NCBI RefSeq assembly: GCF_036846325.1
Contig: NZ_DAIUCE010000003.1
Location: forward strand, 1-54,086
Reading direction: 5' to 3'
Length of the DNA: 54,086 nt
DNA from: Ligilactobacillus sp.
Lineage (GTDB): Bacteria > Bacillota > Bacilli > Lactobacillales > Lactobacillaceae
Notes under the pieces: model-generated
Databases searched by the model: none
The model's input: only the letters and a program-made list of their open reading frames with translations
What the model was told of the DNA's origin: nothing
Part shown: piece after piece, positions 1-8,919 of the stretch
Layout of the letters: every line of letters begins with the position of its first letter
Numbering within the stretch: the stretch's first letter is position 1
Made by a program: the position numbers and the translations under genes

Positions 1-5
1 AAACA

Positions 6-53
6 AAGTCCCGGATGAAATTTGCAATTAACTGCAAATCATCCGGAACTTTT
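6..53. terminator. Hairpin downstream of pepO, probable intrinsic terminator
   Basis: aaagtcccggatga ... tcatccggaacttt inverted repeat with A/T-rich flanks. Confidence 0.55.
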
Positions 54-113
54 GTTAGAGACATGGTTTTTTCCCAGCCTCCTGTCAGCAGATATTCCTG
101 TTATCCGGTCACT

Positions 114-2030
114 TTACCAGATGTGAACCCGTTTTTCAGGGTCAAGCCACATTCCGTCGCCTTCATGAACGTCAAACACGTCGTAGAAGTCCTGAAGGTT
201 CTCAGGCTGAATGTTGGCGCGCAAAACGTGCGGAGCATGCACGTCGATGGCAAGGAGCAGCTTCTGGCGTTCAAGTGACGACTTCATGCACCAGATGCGG
301 GCCCAGTTGAGGAAGAATCCTTTAATATCAGGATTTTCCTCGCCTTTTGCGGCCTCAAGCGCACAGCTCAGGCCGCCGGCATCAGCGATGTTTTCGGAGA
401 CGACGAGCTTGCCGTTGCACTTGCCTGCTTCCGTTTCCAGGCCGTCAAATTCGTCAATCATTTCCTGTGCCAGACCTTCAAAATGCTTCAGATCCTCATC
501 CGTCCACCAGTTGGAGAGGTTGCCGAATTCGTCAAAGTGAGAACCATTGTTGTCAAAGGCATGCGAAATTTCGTGCGCGATTACGGCACCGATGCCGCCG
601 TAGTTTTCGCTTGCGGTCTGCTTCAGACTGTAGAACGGAGCCTGAAGGATGGCTGCAGGGAAGACGATGATGTTGAATGACGGATTATAGTACGCATTTA
701 CCTGATGAGCAGGCATCTCCCAGCGCGTCCGGTCAACCGGCTTTCCGTAACGGTCAAAGTTGTCCGAAGTTTGAATGCGCCTGAATTCAACGGCGTTATC
801 GAGCAGATTCTTTGTTTCGTCGACAAGATACTTTTTGTAGAGTGGGTCAAGCTCATCCGGATAGCCGACGTTGATGCCGAGCGCATCGAGCTTGACCACG
901 GCTTTTCTGGCTGTTTCCCTGCTGAGCCAGTCATTTGTTTCAAGGCGTTTCTTATAAACGGCAATCATTTTTTCAACCATATGCTGAACGTCTGCCTTGG
1001 CATCAGGTCCGAAGTACTTGTGTGCATAGTAAAGACCGACGACTTGGTCGTAGCGTGCCGTTGCAAGGTGATATGCGGCTTTTTCAGGCTTCATGGCTTC
1101 CCTGGCACCGGAAAGGGCACGTGAGAACGTGCCTCCGAGGACGCGGATGTCATCGCTCAGGAAACCTGTCGAACTCAGCAGCGTATGTACGAAGATCCAG
1201 CTCCTCAATTGTTCAAACGTGTCATCGTTGACGATCATGTCTGCGGCTTCATAGAATTTCGGTTCGGTAACGACGATCTTGTCAGGCGTCGTCCCGACGA
1301 TTTTCCTTGCGGCAGCTCCGAGGTCGATCGTGGTTGAAAGCCCGGAGAATTCTTCAAACGAATACGGATTGTAGACTTTGACGTAATCGGCACGTTCCGT
1401 GCTGTCCTTCTGGAACGGTGCGATCAGGCGGTCGTATTCGATGGCTTCGCTGATCGTCTTTCTGGCAAATTCAGCATCGTATCCGGCCTTTTCGAAGAGT
1501 TTTTCAAGCATGTCGGACAAGACCGAAAGCAGGGCGGCACCTTGTTCGTTTCCTTCTTCATAGTACGTCTTGTCCGGCAGGAACAACGGCGTCACGTCTG
1601 CGTACAATGCATATTCCTGTGTGTTCTTCATATCCGGTTCAACGCAGAAGTTGAACGGATTTGCCGCATCGACCAGAGCAAAATCGAGCCACTTGTCCTG
1701 CCAGTCATGCAAATCCCTGATGGCAAGAACGGCATCAAGGTATTTTCTGGCCGGTTCAAATCCTTCGGCATCGCGAGTTTCAAAGTCTGATGCCAGTTTA
1801 TAGTACTTGAGGAATTCCTTTAAATACCTGTCATCAGGAACGTTCTTTCCTTCAAGCATTCCGCCCAGGTCATTCATCAAAGTCTTTTCAATGTTAAGAT
1901 CAAGTTCGGAAAATCCTCCGGCTGTCGGGCGATCAGCCGGGATAACGGCCGTTTTCAGCCATTCACCGTTGACGGCTTGATAGAGATCGTCTTTTAAGAG
2001 ACTTTCGTTGACCTTATTGTTTTCACCCAT
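114..2030 (-). CDS. pepO: Neutral endopeptidase, M13 family
   Basis: 638 aa; VNAYY, HEISH zinc motif and ENIAD, all typical of M13/PepO; SD GGGG upstream. Confidence 0.95.
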   Translation of the reverse strand: MGENNKVNESLLKDDLYQAVNGEWLKTAVIPADRPTAGGFSELDLNIEKTLMNDLGGMLEGKNVPDDRYLKEFLKYYKLASDFETRDAEGFEPARKYLDAVLAIRDLHDWQDKWLDFALVDAANPFNFCVEPDMKNTQEYALYADVTPLFLPDKTYYEEGNEQGAALLSVLSDMLEKLFEKAGYDAEFARKTISEAIEYDRLIAPFQKDSTERADYVKVYNPYSFEEFSGLSTTIDLGAAARKIVGTTPDKIVVTEPKFYEAADMIVNDDTFEQLRSWIFVHTLLSSTGFLSDDIRVLGGTFSRALSGAREAMKPEKAAYHLATARYDQVVGLYYAHKYFGPDAKADVQHMVEKMIAVYKKRLETNDWLSRETARKAVVKLDALGINVGYPDELDPLYKKYLVDETKNLLDNAVEFRRIQTSDNFDRYGKPVDRTRWEMPAHQVNAYYNPSFNIIVFPAAILQAPFYSLKQTASENYGGIGAVIAHEISHAFDNNGSHFDEFGNLSNWWTDEDLKHFEGLAQEMIDEFDGLETEAGKCNGKLVVSENIADAGGLSCALEAAKGEENPDIKGFFLNWARIWCMKSSLERQKLLLAIDVHAPHVLRANIQPENLQDFYDVFDVHEGDGMWLDPEKRVHIW

Positions 2031-2268
2031 AAGAAAACCCCCCTGGATAATTTAATCAAATACATTTTTAATTTAAGCACAATTTTGATTTAAAGTACAT
2101 AATCATGCTTGCACTTCTGGAATCAGAAACGCTGAAGAAGTTTCAGCCGTGGATTTTCCCAAAGTTTGAAAATTAGTATGCGGGTGTTTTTGACCTATGG
2201 TATACTTACCTGTGGATAGTGTAAATTAGCGCTGTTTAATCATTACTTCATAATCAGGGGGATTCTAA

Positions 2269-2979
2269 ATGAAATTTTCCGCACAAACTGCTGAGCAGGC
2301 GATTGAAAAAGGCCTGCAGGAACTTGGAAAGACTCGTGAAGAAGTCGAAATCGTCATTGTCAGTGAGGGCAAAAGGGGATTTCTAGGCATTTTTGGAGGA
2401 AAGTCGGCTGAGGTCGAAATTATGCCGAAGGAAACGGAACGTGTTGAAGAAAAAGCTGAAACTGCTGCTGAACCGGAGCCGTCCGCTGAAGGGAAGGAGC
2501 CGGAATCGGAACAGGACGTCGAACAGGCGTTGCGCGAGGTGGGCTCATATCTGGCTGAAGTTACGAAGGAAATGGGCGTTGAGACTCAAATCGAAGTTAC
2601 GGTTGAACGTCGCAGCGTTGTTTATAATTTCAGCGCCGACCAGGAAGGACTTTTGATTGGAAAGCATGGCAAAACGCTGAATTCACTGCAGTTACTGGCG
2701 CAGAACTATTTTGACAAGCTGAGCCGCAGGCGTTTGAACATCATTCTTGACGTGGCCGATTACCGTGAGCGTCGGACCGAGACGCTGGAATATCTGGCAA
2801 AGAAGGTCGCTTATGACGCCATTTCGCAGCGCCGGCGCATGCAGCTTGACCCGATGCCGGCGTACGAAAGAAAGGTCATTCATTCTGCGCTTGCCGATAA
2901 TTCAAAGGTCAGGACCTATTCAAGGGGTGCGGAACCGAGACGATACGTGGTTATCGAGCCGGCAAGGTCAAGAAGGTAG
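2269..2979 (+). CDS. khpB: RNA-binding cell elongation regulator Jag/KhpB/EloR (Jag_N, KH, R3H)
   Basis: N-terminal EQAIEKGLQEL...KRGFLGIFG; KH motif LIGKHGKTL; R3H motif ERKVIH; YSRGAEPRRYVVI. Confidence 0.92.
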   Translation: MKFSAQTAEQAIEKGLQELGKTREEVEIVIVSEGKRGFLGIFGGKSAEVEIMPKETERVEEKAETAAEPEPSAEGKEPESEQDVEQALREVGSYLAEVTKEMGVETQIEVTVERRSVVYNFSADQEGLLIGKHGKTLNSLQLLAQNYFDKLSRRRLNIILDVADYRERRTETLEYLAKKVAYDAISQRRRMQLDPMPAYERKVIHSALADNSKVRTYSRGAEPRRYVVIEPARSRR

Positions 2980-3013
2980 TCAGAACAAGGCTGATTGGGG
3001 GAAACAGGGGGAA

Positions 3014-3481
3014 ATGCTGAAACATAAGCCGTCACACTTGGAAGATGAGTTGTGTTTTGCAGTTTATTCAACGCAGAAGCTGTATAACCGTTTTTATTCA
3101 ATCGTATTGAAAAGATACGGACTTACATATGTACAATATGCGACAATGCTTGTTTTGTGGGAAGAACAGCGTCCGATGATGGTCAAGGAGCTTGGCGAAA
3201 GGCTGAAGCTTGATTCCGGGACCTTGACGCCGCTGCTTAATCGTCTGGAAAAGCAGGAATGGGTCGTTCGAAACAGAAACTTTGAAGACGGACGGCGCGT
3301 GATGGTCGAACTGACGCCTAAGGCACTAAGTCTTGAACATGACGTCAAGCATCACATTCAGGATTGCGTTCTTCCGATCGAGATGACTGAAAACGAGTAT
3401 CGTGAATGTGTCAGCGTTCTTTATGAGATTTCAGATAAGCTGGAATTCATCAATGAGCATCTTTTGGGAAAAGAAGAATAA
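3014..3481 (+). CDS. MarR-family regulator, OhrR-like
   Basis: ELCFAVY (conserved Cys), LTYVQY..MLVLWE, LDSGTLTPLLNRLE; start placed at the ATG after SD AGGGGG rather than at 2747. Confidence 0.88.
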   Translation: MLKHKPSHLEDELCFAVYSTQKLYNRFYSIVLKRYGLTYVQYATMLVLWEEQRPMMVKELGERLKLDSGTLTPLLNRLEKQEWVVRNRNFEDGRRVMVELTPKALSLEHDVKHHIQDCVLPIEMTENEYRECVSVLYEISDKLEFINEHLLGKEE

Positions 3482-3518
3482 AACAAGACCGGGGAATTGG
3501 CCTCGGTCTTGTCTTTTA
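3482..3518 (+). terminator. Intrinsic terminator after marR
   Basis: acaagaccgggg/cctcggtcttgt stem followed by a T-rich tract. Confidence 0.7.
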
Positions 3519-3853
3519 TAGGGGATTGGTTGTGAATCATGCAAACCGAAATCTTCAATCCGGACGTACTTCAGCAATTTCTCAAGAGTAACGTTGACCG
3601 GAATCAAAAAACGGCTTGCAAAAGACCGGGCCCCTTTTCAACGGGCAGGCAATCAGTTCCAGAATCTGGAAGAAACCCGGTCATGATAAGTTGTATTCTG
3701 TTTTCAGGGCAGTCGCCTGCCCGGAACCGTCTTTCAGGGACGATTCGGTTCAAGGTGTCTTCGCCTGCTCGCAGCGGGAATGTGAAAACACCTTACAGTT
3801 CGTATTGTATCTCTGAAGTCTAAACAATCTCGTAAGCAAATTTCAAAATTAGA

Positions 3854-4657
3854 TTAAGATTCCAAATCTTCTGTAAAGTATTTTGAAAGGAAGGCATGAA
3901 TTCCGTCTTCGTTGTTTGACTTCGTAACGACGTCCGCCTGTTCCAGGACTTGCTTGGGACTGTTGGCCATTGCCACGCCATGTCCGCTTTCAATCAGCAT
4001 CGGCAGGTCGTTTTCGCCGTTGCCGAATGCAATCGTGTTTTGCGGCTTGATTCCGTATTTTTGCGCCACGTCCTTCAATGCTGCTGCCTTTGAGCGTCCG
4101 AAGGGAATCAGTTCGATGTTGTGTTCGTTTGATGAGGAAAGGCAAAGAGAGGGCGCATCCCTTAAGAATTCCCTTGCGGCCGCCAGAACCGACAGGTCGT
4201 CCGCACACAGAATGCCGTTCGTGATGAACGGGTTCAGGCGGTCAAGGTCAGCCTTTGACTTGATTTTCCTGAATTTCGTCCTGGAGGCAAGGTTCATGAA
4301 AACCTGCAGCATCCCTCCCATGCCATAGGCGGTATCAGTCGAAAACAGCCGCAGCTGAAGCCCTGGATAAAGCCTGCAGGCTTCAAAAACAGCCGAAACA
4401 GCTTCATCTTTCAATCTGTTTTTGACGATTTCGTTTTCGATGGTATAAACGCTGCCGTTTGAGGCAATCGTTCCGATGTTTTTGCCGAGCATTTCCGAAT
4501 ATGATCTGGCAGAAGAAAGCAGCCGGCCGGAAGCAATGTAGAAAAGATGTCCCTTTTTCTGGAGGCTTGAAACGATGTCGACTGTCTTCTTCGGGATGCG
4601 CATGTCGTCGTTCAGCAAAGTTCCGTCAATATCAAATAAGATGAGATGTTTTTCCAT
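3854..4657 (-). CDS. Cof-type HAD-IIB hydrolase
   Basis: FDIDGTLL, ASGR, SKAAAL, FGNGEND motifs. Confidence 0.9.
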   Translation of the reverse strand: MEKHLILFDIDGTLLNDDMRIPKKTVDIVSSLQKKGHLFYIASGRLLSSARSYSEMLGKNIGTIASNGSVYTIENEIVKNRLKDEAVSAVFEACRLYPGLQLRLFSTDTAYGMGGMLQVFMNLASRTKFRKIKSKADLDRLNPFITNGILCADDLSVLAAAREFLRDAPSLCLSSSNEHNIELIPFGRSKAAALKDVAQKYGIKPQNTIAFGNGENDLPMLIESGHGVAMANSPKQVLEQADVVTKSNNEDGIHAFLSKYFTEDLES

Positions 4658-4872
4658 GATTATTTCCCCTTGTTCAAGGCATTCTTAAACTTAATTTTAG
4701 CTTATTTCCCCGATGAAATACAGTGCTGAATCAGAAAACGGGGTGACGTGGACACGGTGACCTGAGATTGGCCGTAATCGATGTCATCAGGAATCACGAT
4801 TCACATATGCTGTTCCCAAAAACCGCGGCTGATCTGACTGCTTTCTGGTCAAAGCACTGTATTTTCATGAAA

Positions 4873-4912
4873 TTGTCAAAAAAGTTGACAAAATGGCACG
4901 AAAAGTTACAAT
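4873..4912 (+). promoter_or_regulatory. Sigma-70 promoter overlapped by a TGTCA-N7-TGACA operator
   Basis: TTGACA at 4885-4890 and TACAAT at 4907-4912; palindrome TTGTCA-aaaaagt-TGACAA at 4873-4891. Confidence 0.6.
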
Positions 4913-4948
4913 TAACGTAAGCAACACTTGAAAGGAAAAAGGACAACA

Positions 4949-5362
4949 GTGGATAAGTTAAAAATGGGTGACAACCTTCGCATCGGCATCGGTGACATGA
5001 GCAAAATGACAGGCGTTTCTTCGCGCCAGCTGCGTTACTGGGAACAAAAGGGGTACATCAAGCCGATGAATGAGGAAGAAGGGGCTGCAAGAAAATACGG
5101 CCTTGGATCGATGTACAAGATTTTTGCAATCAAGCATTTTCTGGACGAAGGGTATACTTTGTCAAAGTCGGTCGAGAAAGCCGAGATGCATCGCAAGGAG
5201 GGAATTTTGCTTCATCAGGTTTTTCGAACTCTCATCAAGGGCATCGAACTGACGGATGATGTCGAGATCAAGGGACGCGTTGATCTGGGGACTGCCGGTT
5301 CGTATCATGTCTACGGAGTCGTGGATGAAAAGGGAACTCGGATTGAGCTCGAAAAAGAATAG
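4949..5362 (+). CDS. MerR-family transcriptional regulator
   Basis: IGDMSKMTGVSSRQLRYWEQKGYI HTH; GTG start after SD AAAGGA (the ORF track starts at 4928). Confidence 0.85.
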   Translation: MDKLKMGDNLRIGIGDMSKMTGVSSRQLRYWEQKGYIKPMNEEEGAARKYGLGSMYKIFAIKHFLDEGYTLSKSVEKAEMHRKEGILLHQVFRTLIKGIELTDDVEIKGRVDLGTAGSYHVYGVVDEKGTRIELEKE

Positions 5363-5545
5363 CTTCGTGACGAATTTTGGTTGGAGGACGTTGAGCCGCC
5401 TGTTTTTGACAGGGGGAATCAGCGTCCTTTGTCTTTGTGTCGAAAATTTCTTCTTGCTTTTTAAATAATATTGCTTGCCTTTTTATATTATACGTCATAT
5501 AATATGGTTACGGATAAGATATTACATTCAAAAGGAGGGTGCGTG

Positions 5546-5908
5546 ATGGAAATCAAAGTGACGGCGGATCTGCTAGACGGCCTGGTGCTGGCGCTGCTTG
5601 ACAAGCAGGATTATTACGGATATGCATTGACGCAGGACATGCAGACTGCGATTTCAATTTCTGAATCGACGATGTATCCCGTATTGCGCCGATTGCAGAA
5701 GAACAATTATCTGACGACTTATGATCAGCCGTATCAGGGACGAAACCGGCGCTATTATCAGATTACACCTGAAGGGCGGACGCATTTGGAAAGGATTCGC
5801 AAGATGTGGGGAGATTTCAAAACGAGTCTGGACTCTGTATTCTACAAAGCGGATATTGTCGTAAGCCACAGTGATTTTAACGATGCAAAGGGGAATGAAC
5901 ATGGATAA
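5546..5908 (+). CDS. PadR-family transcriptional regulator
   Basis: YYGYAL...SESTMYPVLRRL...GRNRRYYQIT; SD AAGGAGG. Confidence 0.92.
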   Translation: MEIKVTADLLDGLVLALLDKQDYYGYALTQDMQTAISISESTMYPVLRRLQKNNYLTTYDQPYQGRNRRYYQITPEGRTHLERIRKMWGDFKTSLDSVFYKADIVVSHSDFNDAKGNEHG

Positions 5909-6530
5909 GGAGAACTACTTGACGGAGCTCGAAGAGTATCTGGATGCTCTGACGGCTGATGAAAAAACGGATGTAATTGAATTTTACAATGAATACATTG
6001 ATGATGCGGGGCTTGAGACAACGGACGAGATCGAAAAGCGTCTGGGGACTCCGCGTCAGTTGAGTCGCAAGGTTCTGGCGGACTATTCGATCAGGGCAAC
6101 GGACGTTGAATCGCATCGAGGCAGGAAAAGCAAGGCTTCCGTCCGTTCAAACGGCAGAATGATCTGGATGATTCTGCTGGCATTGCTGGCATCGCCTGCC
6201 GCCATCGTGCTCGGAATCGTGCTGTTTGCGATTCTTGCGTGCGTGGTTGCGGTCTTTGGTGCCTGCATGGTTGCCGCGCTGGCAGTTTTGTGCGCATTCT
6301 TCGTTTTGATGATTGCTTCGTTCTACGTCGGCATCGTGATGCTGTTCAGCAGTTTCGCGACGGGACTTTTCTATCTCGGATGCGGGCTGATGGGGCTTGG
6401 CGCCGTTTTGATCGGCTTTCCTCTTCTGTACTGGATCTGCCGTGCCATCATTCAGGGAATCGCGAATTTTGCAAAGTTCCTGTACAGGAAAATTTACAGG
6501 AATCGTCGTCAAGGGGGGAATGAGCAATGA
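5901..6530 (+). CDS. DUF1700 (HAAS domain) membrane protein
   Basis: MDKENYLTELEEYL...EFYNEYIDD...LGTP followed by TM helices; overlaps padR. Confidence 0.85.
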   Translation: MDKENYLTELEEYLDALTADEKTDVIEFYNEYIDDAGLETTDEIEKRLGTPRQLSRKVLADYSIRATDVESHRGRKSKASVRSNGRMIWMILLALLASPAAIVLGIVLFAILACVVAVFGACMVAALAVLCAFFVLMIASFYVGIVMLFSSFATGLFYLGCGLMGLGAVLIGFPLLYWICRAIIQGIANFAKFLYRKIYRNRRQGGNEQ

Positions 6531-7519
6531 AGAATCTTTTTAAGGCAGGCTGGATCGTGCTTTTAGTCGGTGCCGTGATGACGGCAGTCGGTGTTGCCAA
6601 AAACGGAGCCAGATCGATTGAGTTCAAGGGAATCAAGCCGGTCGAAGTCAAGGACGATAAGAAAATCACCAGAAAATATAATGTCAGGGAAGCCAGGAAT
6701 CTGGTCATTGCCTTGAACAAGAAGGCTGACGGCTCCAATGGCGACTACAGTTCAGTCGTCAACGTCGAGGTCCGACAGGGGGATGCCTTTTCTGCCAAAT
6801 ACAGCGGATCAAAGGACCTTGCGCCCGTAATCAAAAATGAAGGCGACACGCTCAAGATTTACGCCGGCAAAAAATCCGGAAATTATCGCAGAGTCGTTTT
6901 TGACTTCAACGGTTTCCGCAGCAGCACCGACTGGACGAGCCGCCTGGTCATCACGGTGCCTCGTGACTACAAGTTCAACAGCGTCGAAAATGACGGGATG
7001 AACGGTGATCTGACTCTCAGCGGACTTAAGACCGAAAACCTCAAGCTTCACATGTATGATGTTTCTGACGTAACGCTCAACAGCGTTGAAGCAGACAAAG
7101 TCGACGTCGATGTTGCAAATGACCTTAAAGTTAACTCATCAAAGCTCAGCTATGGTATGATTAAGGTGGATGAAGGCGATCTCAACCTGTCTGACAGCGA
7201 GGTCAACAGCATCGGATTCGAACTGAACGACGGGGATTTCACAAACAGCAACACCGTCATGGAAAAGAGTTCTGTCAAGTCAAATGACGGGGACATTTCA
7301 GCGAGCAACGCGACGATTAAGGGAAGATGCCAGTTCATTTCGCAGGACGGCGATATCAATGTCACAAACGCTCAGGCGGACGGGTACGTCTCGACGACAA
7401 GCTCTGGAGACAATCTTCTACACACAAAGAAGGGTGAGGCAACGACGTTTGAAGAGAATCCCAATGCAGCGAACATATTAGTCTTGATGAATTCAAACGG
7501 GGACAACTCCGTTAAATAA
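6527..7519 (+). CDS. DUF4097 (toastrack) beta-strand repeat protein
   Basis: N-terminal hydrophobic anchor; repeated xxGDxx motifs; typical padR-DUF1700-DUF4097 context. Confidence 0.8.
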   Translation: MKNLFKAGWIVLLVGAVMTAVGVAKNGARSIEFKGIKPVEVKDDKKITRKYNVREARNLVIALNKKADGSNGDYSSVVNVEVRQGDAFSAKYSGSKDLAPVIKNEGDTLKIYAGKKSGNYRRVVFDFNGFRSSTDWTSRLVITVPRDYKFNSVENDGMNGDLTLSGLKTENLKLHMYDVSDVTLNSVEADKVDVDVANDLKVNSSKLSYGMIKVDEGDLNLSDSEVNSIGFELNDGDFTNSNTVMEKSSVKSNDGDISASNATIKGRCQFISQDGDINVTNAQADGYVSTTSSGDNLLHTKKGEATTFEENPNAANILVLMNSNGDNSVK

Positions 7520-7561
7520 AGATTCTGGTTTATTTGATTAAAGAAAGGAAAGTGTTTTGGC

Positions 7562-7822
7562 ATGAGCAAAAGGAAAAAGCAGCTTGCAAAATCAAATGAC
7601 AAGGTAATCAGCGGTGTTTTAGGCGGTGTTGCCGAATATTTTGACTGGGACAAGACAATCACGCGTCTGATTGCGGTCGTCCTGTGCGTCTTTCCGGGAC
7701 ATGTCTTTGGCGGCATTCTGATATATCTGATTGCGGCCGTCGTAATGCCGGATGCAGATGATGATGATCGTCACCACGATGACGATGATGAAGTCATTGA
7801 AGGCGAGTTCAGGGAAAAATAA
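7562..7822 (+). CDS. PspC domain protein
   Basis: DKVISGVLGGVAEYFDWD..ITRL...YLIAAVVMP. Confidence 0.9.
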   Translation: MSKRKKQLAKSNDKVISGVLGGVAEYFDWDKTITRLIAVVLCVFPGHVFGGILIYLIAAVVMPDADDDDRHHDDDDEVIEGEFREK

Positions 7823-7833
7823 GCAGCTTGTGA

Positions 7834-7869
7834 AAAAAAGAGGACGGGAATTTTCCCGTCCTCTTTTTC
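7834..7869. terminator. Bidirectional terminator
   Basis: aaaaagaggacggga-attt-tcccgtcctctttt with A and T tails, between convergent genes. Confidence 0.8.
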
Positions 7870-8050
7870 ATTTACAGTCATGATTTGCCTTCCTGATGAT
7901 TGCATAGGCTTTTGCAGAAGCAACGATCAGCTTGTCAAGCTGCATGACGACCACACCTGTGAGGAGCAGTCTTCTGCATTTCTTAAAGTCCCCGGGGCTG
8001 ACAAGGCAGGCCGGTTGTTTTCCGGTTTTGGCAAAAGGCAGTTTTTTCAT
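7868..8050 (-). CDS. Small basic hypothetical protein (60 aa)
   Basis: SD GAGGTG 6 nt before ATG; TATACT upstream; ends at the bidirectional terminator. Confidence 0.5.
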   Translation of the reverse strand: MKKLPFAKTGKQPACLVSPGDFKKCRRLLLTGVVVMQLDKLIVASAKAYAIIRKANHDCK

Positions 8051-8181
8051 AGTTAACACCTCATTAGCTTGTTTTCCTTATAGTATACCCAAAGAATTAG
8101 TCAAAAAAACGTCAATCTTCGTAACATGAAATGAAGAATTTGAGTGTTATACTGGACCTGTATCGATAAGGAGGAATTAAG

Positions 8182-8682
8182 ATGGCTTTAAATGAAATCA
8201 ATATTGCGCTTGGACCTGAAGCAACCATGAATATGCTGCTTGAGAAGTATCCGGAGCGTCATCTTCTGAAATACAGATCTGCGGACGATCACAGGAAGTT
8301 CATGCTTCTTGACGTTTCGGGCGAGAAGACCGTCTTTCAGTCTGGTCTCGACTACAAAGTGATTCAGACGCTTGGAAAGGTCAGTCTTGGCGAGAACGAC
8401 ATTCTTGAACTGCGCTACATGACGCTTGATTCCGATGAACAGAAGGTCATGCAGTCCATTCTTGATTCCTGGGATGACAGAGAAAAGCGTCCGCTCGGGC
8501 TCAAGTCATACGTTGAAACGCGCTCAGTCAAGCAGGACTATGAGTTTCTTCTGATCAACTCCTGGGAAGACGAACATGACTTCCTCCAGTGGGACAATTC
8601 TGAAGACAACAAGCTGGCACAGTTCGGTCACGCCGGCAACAGGTCCGCCGTGGTCAACCAGTACATCAGGGCGAAGAACTGA
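8182..8682 (+). CDS. TRAP/HmoB-like protein with a C-terminal antibiotic-biosynthesis-monooxygenase-type domain
   Basis: SD AAGGAGG; C-terminal FLLINSWEDEHDFLQWDNS pattern of ABM domains. Confidence 0.6.
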   Translation: MALNEINIALGPEATMNMLLEKYPERHLLKYRSADDHRKFMLLDVSGEKTVFQSGLDYKVIQTLGKVSLGENDILELRYMTLDSDEQKVMQSILDSWDDREKRPLGLKSYVETRSVKQDYEFLLINSWEDEHDFLQWDNSEDNKLAQFGHAGNRSAVVNQYIRAKN

Positions 8683-8785
8683 GATTGGAAAGAGGCCTGG
8701 GAAAAAAACCCCAGCCTCTTTTTCAGTCTGCTTGAATGTTGAACTATGTGCATTTGTGTAAACCGTTTTTTCATGTTTTGACTTA

Positions 8786-8826
8786 AACCCCCGTATGATT
8801 TTCACATTATGAATCATACGGGGGTT
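8786..8826. repeat. Intergenic palindrome (15-bp perfect stem)
   Basis: aacccccgtatgatt / aatcatacgggggtt. Confidence 0.8.
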
Positions 8827-8919
8827 AAATTTGTTTTAACGGATTGTTTTCTTGACTTGGGAGAGTATCAGTACTACCATTGGATTAATATTAATTTTTT
8901 CTAATGGGGGGTGTAAATC

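Noticed and set aside
2747..3013. N-terminal extension of the MarR ORF (similar extensions in the track at 5471, 10274, 19103, 25062, 41417, 45201, 45515)
   Set aside because: These overlap upstream genes or regulatory DNA; better SD-linked starts exist downstream.
3539..3823. 94-aa ORF
   Set aside because: No recognisable motifs; overlaps a hairpin-rich region; not supportable as a CDS without homologs.
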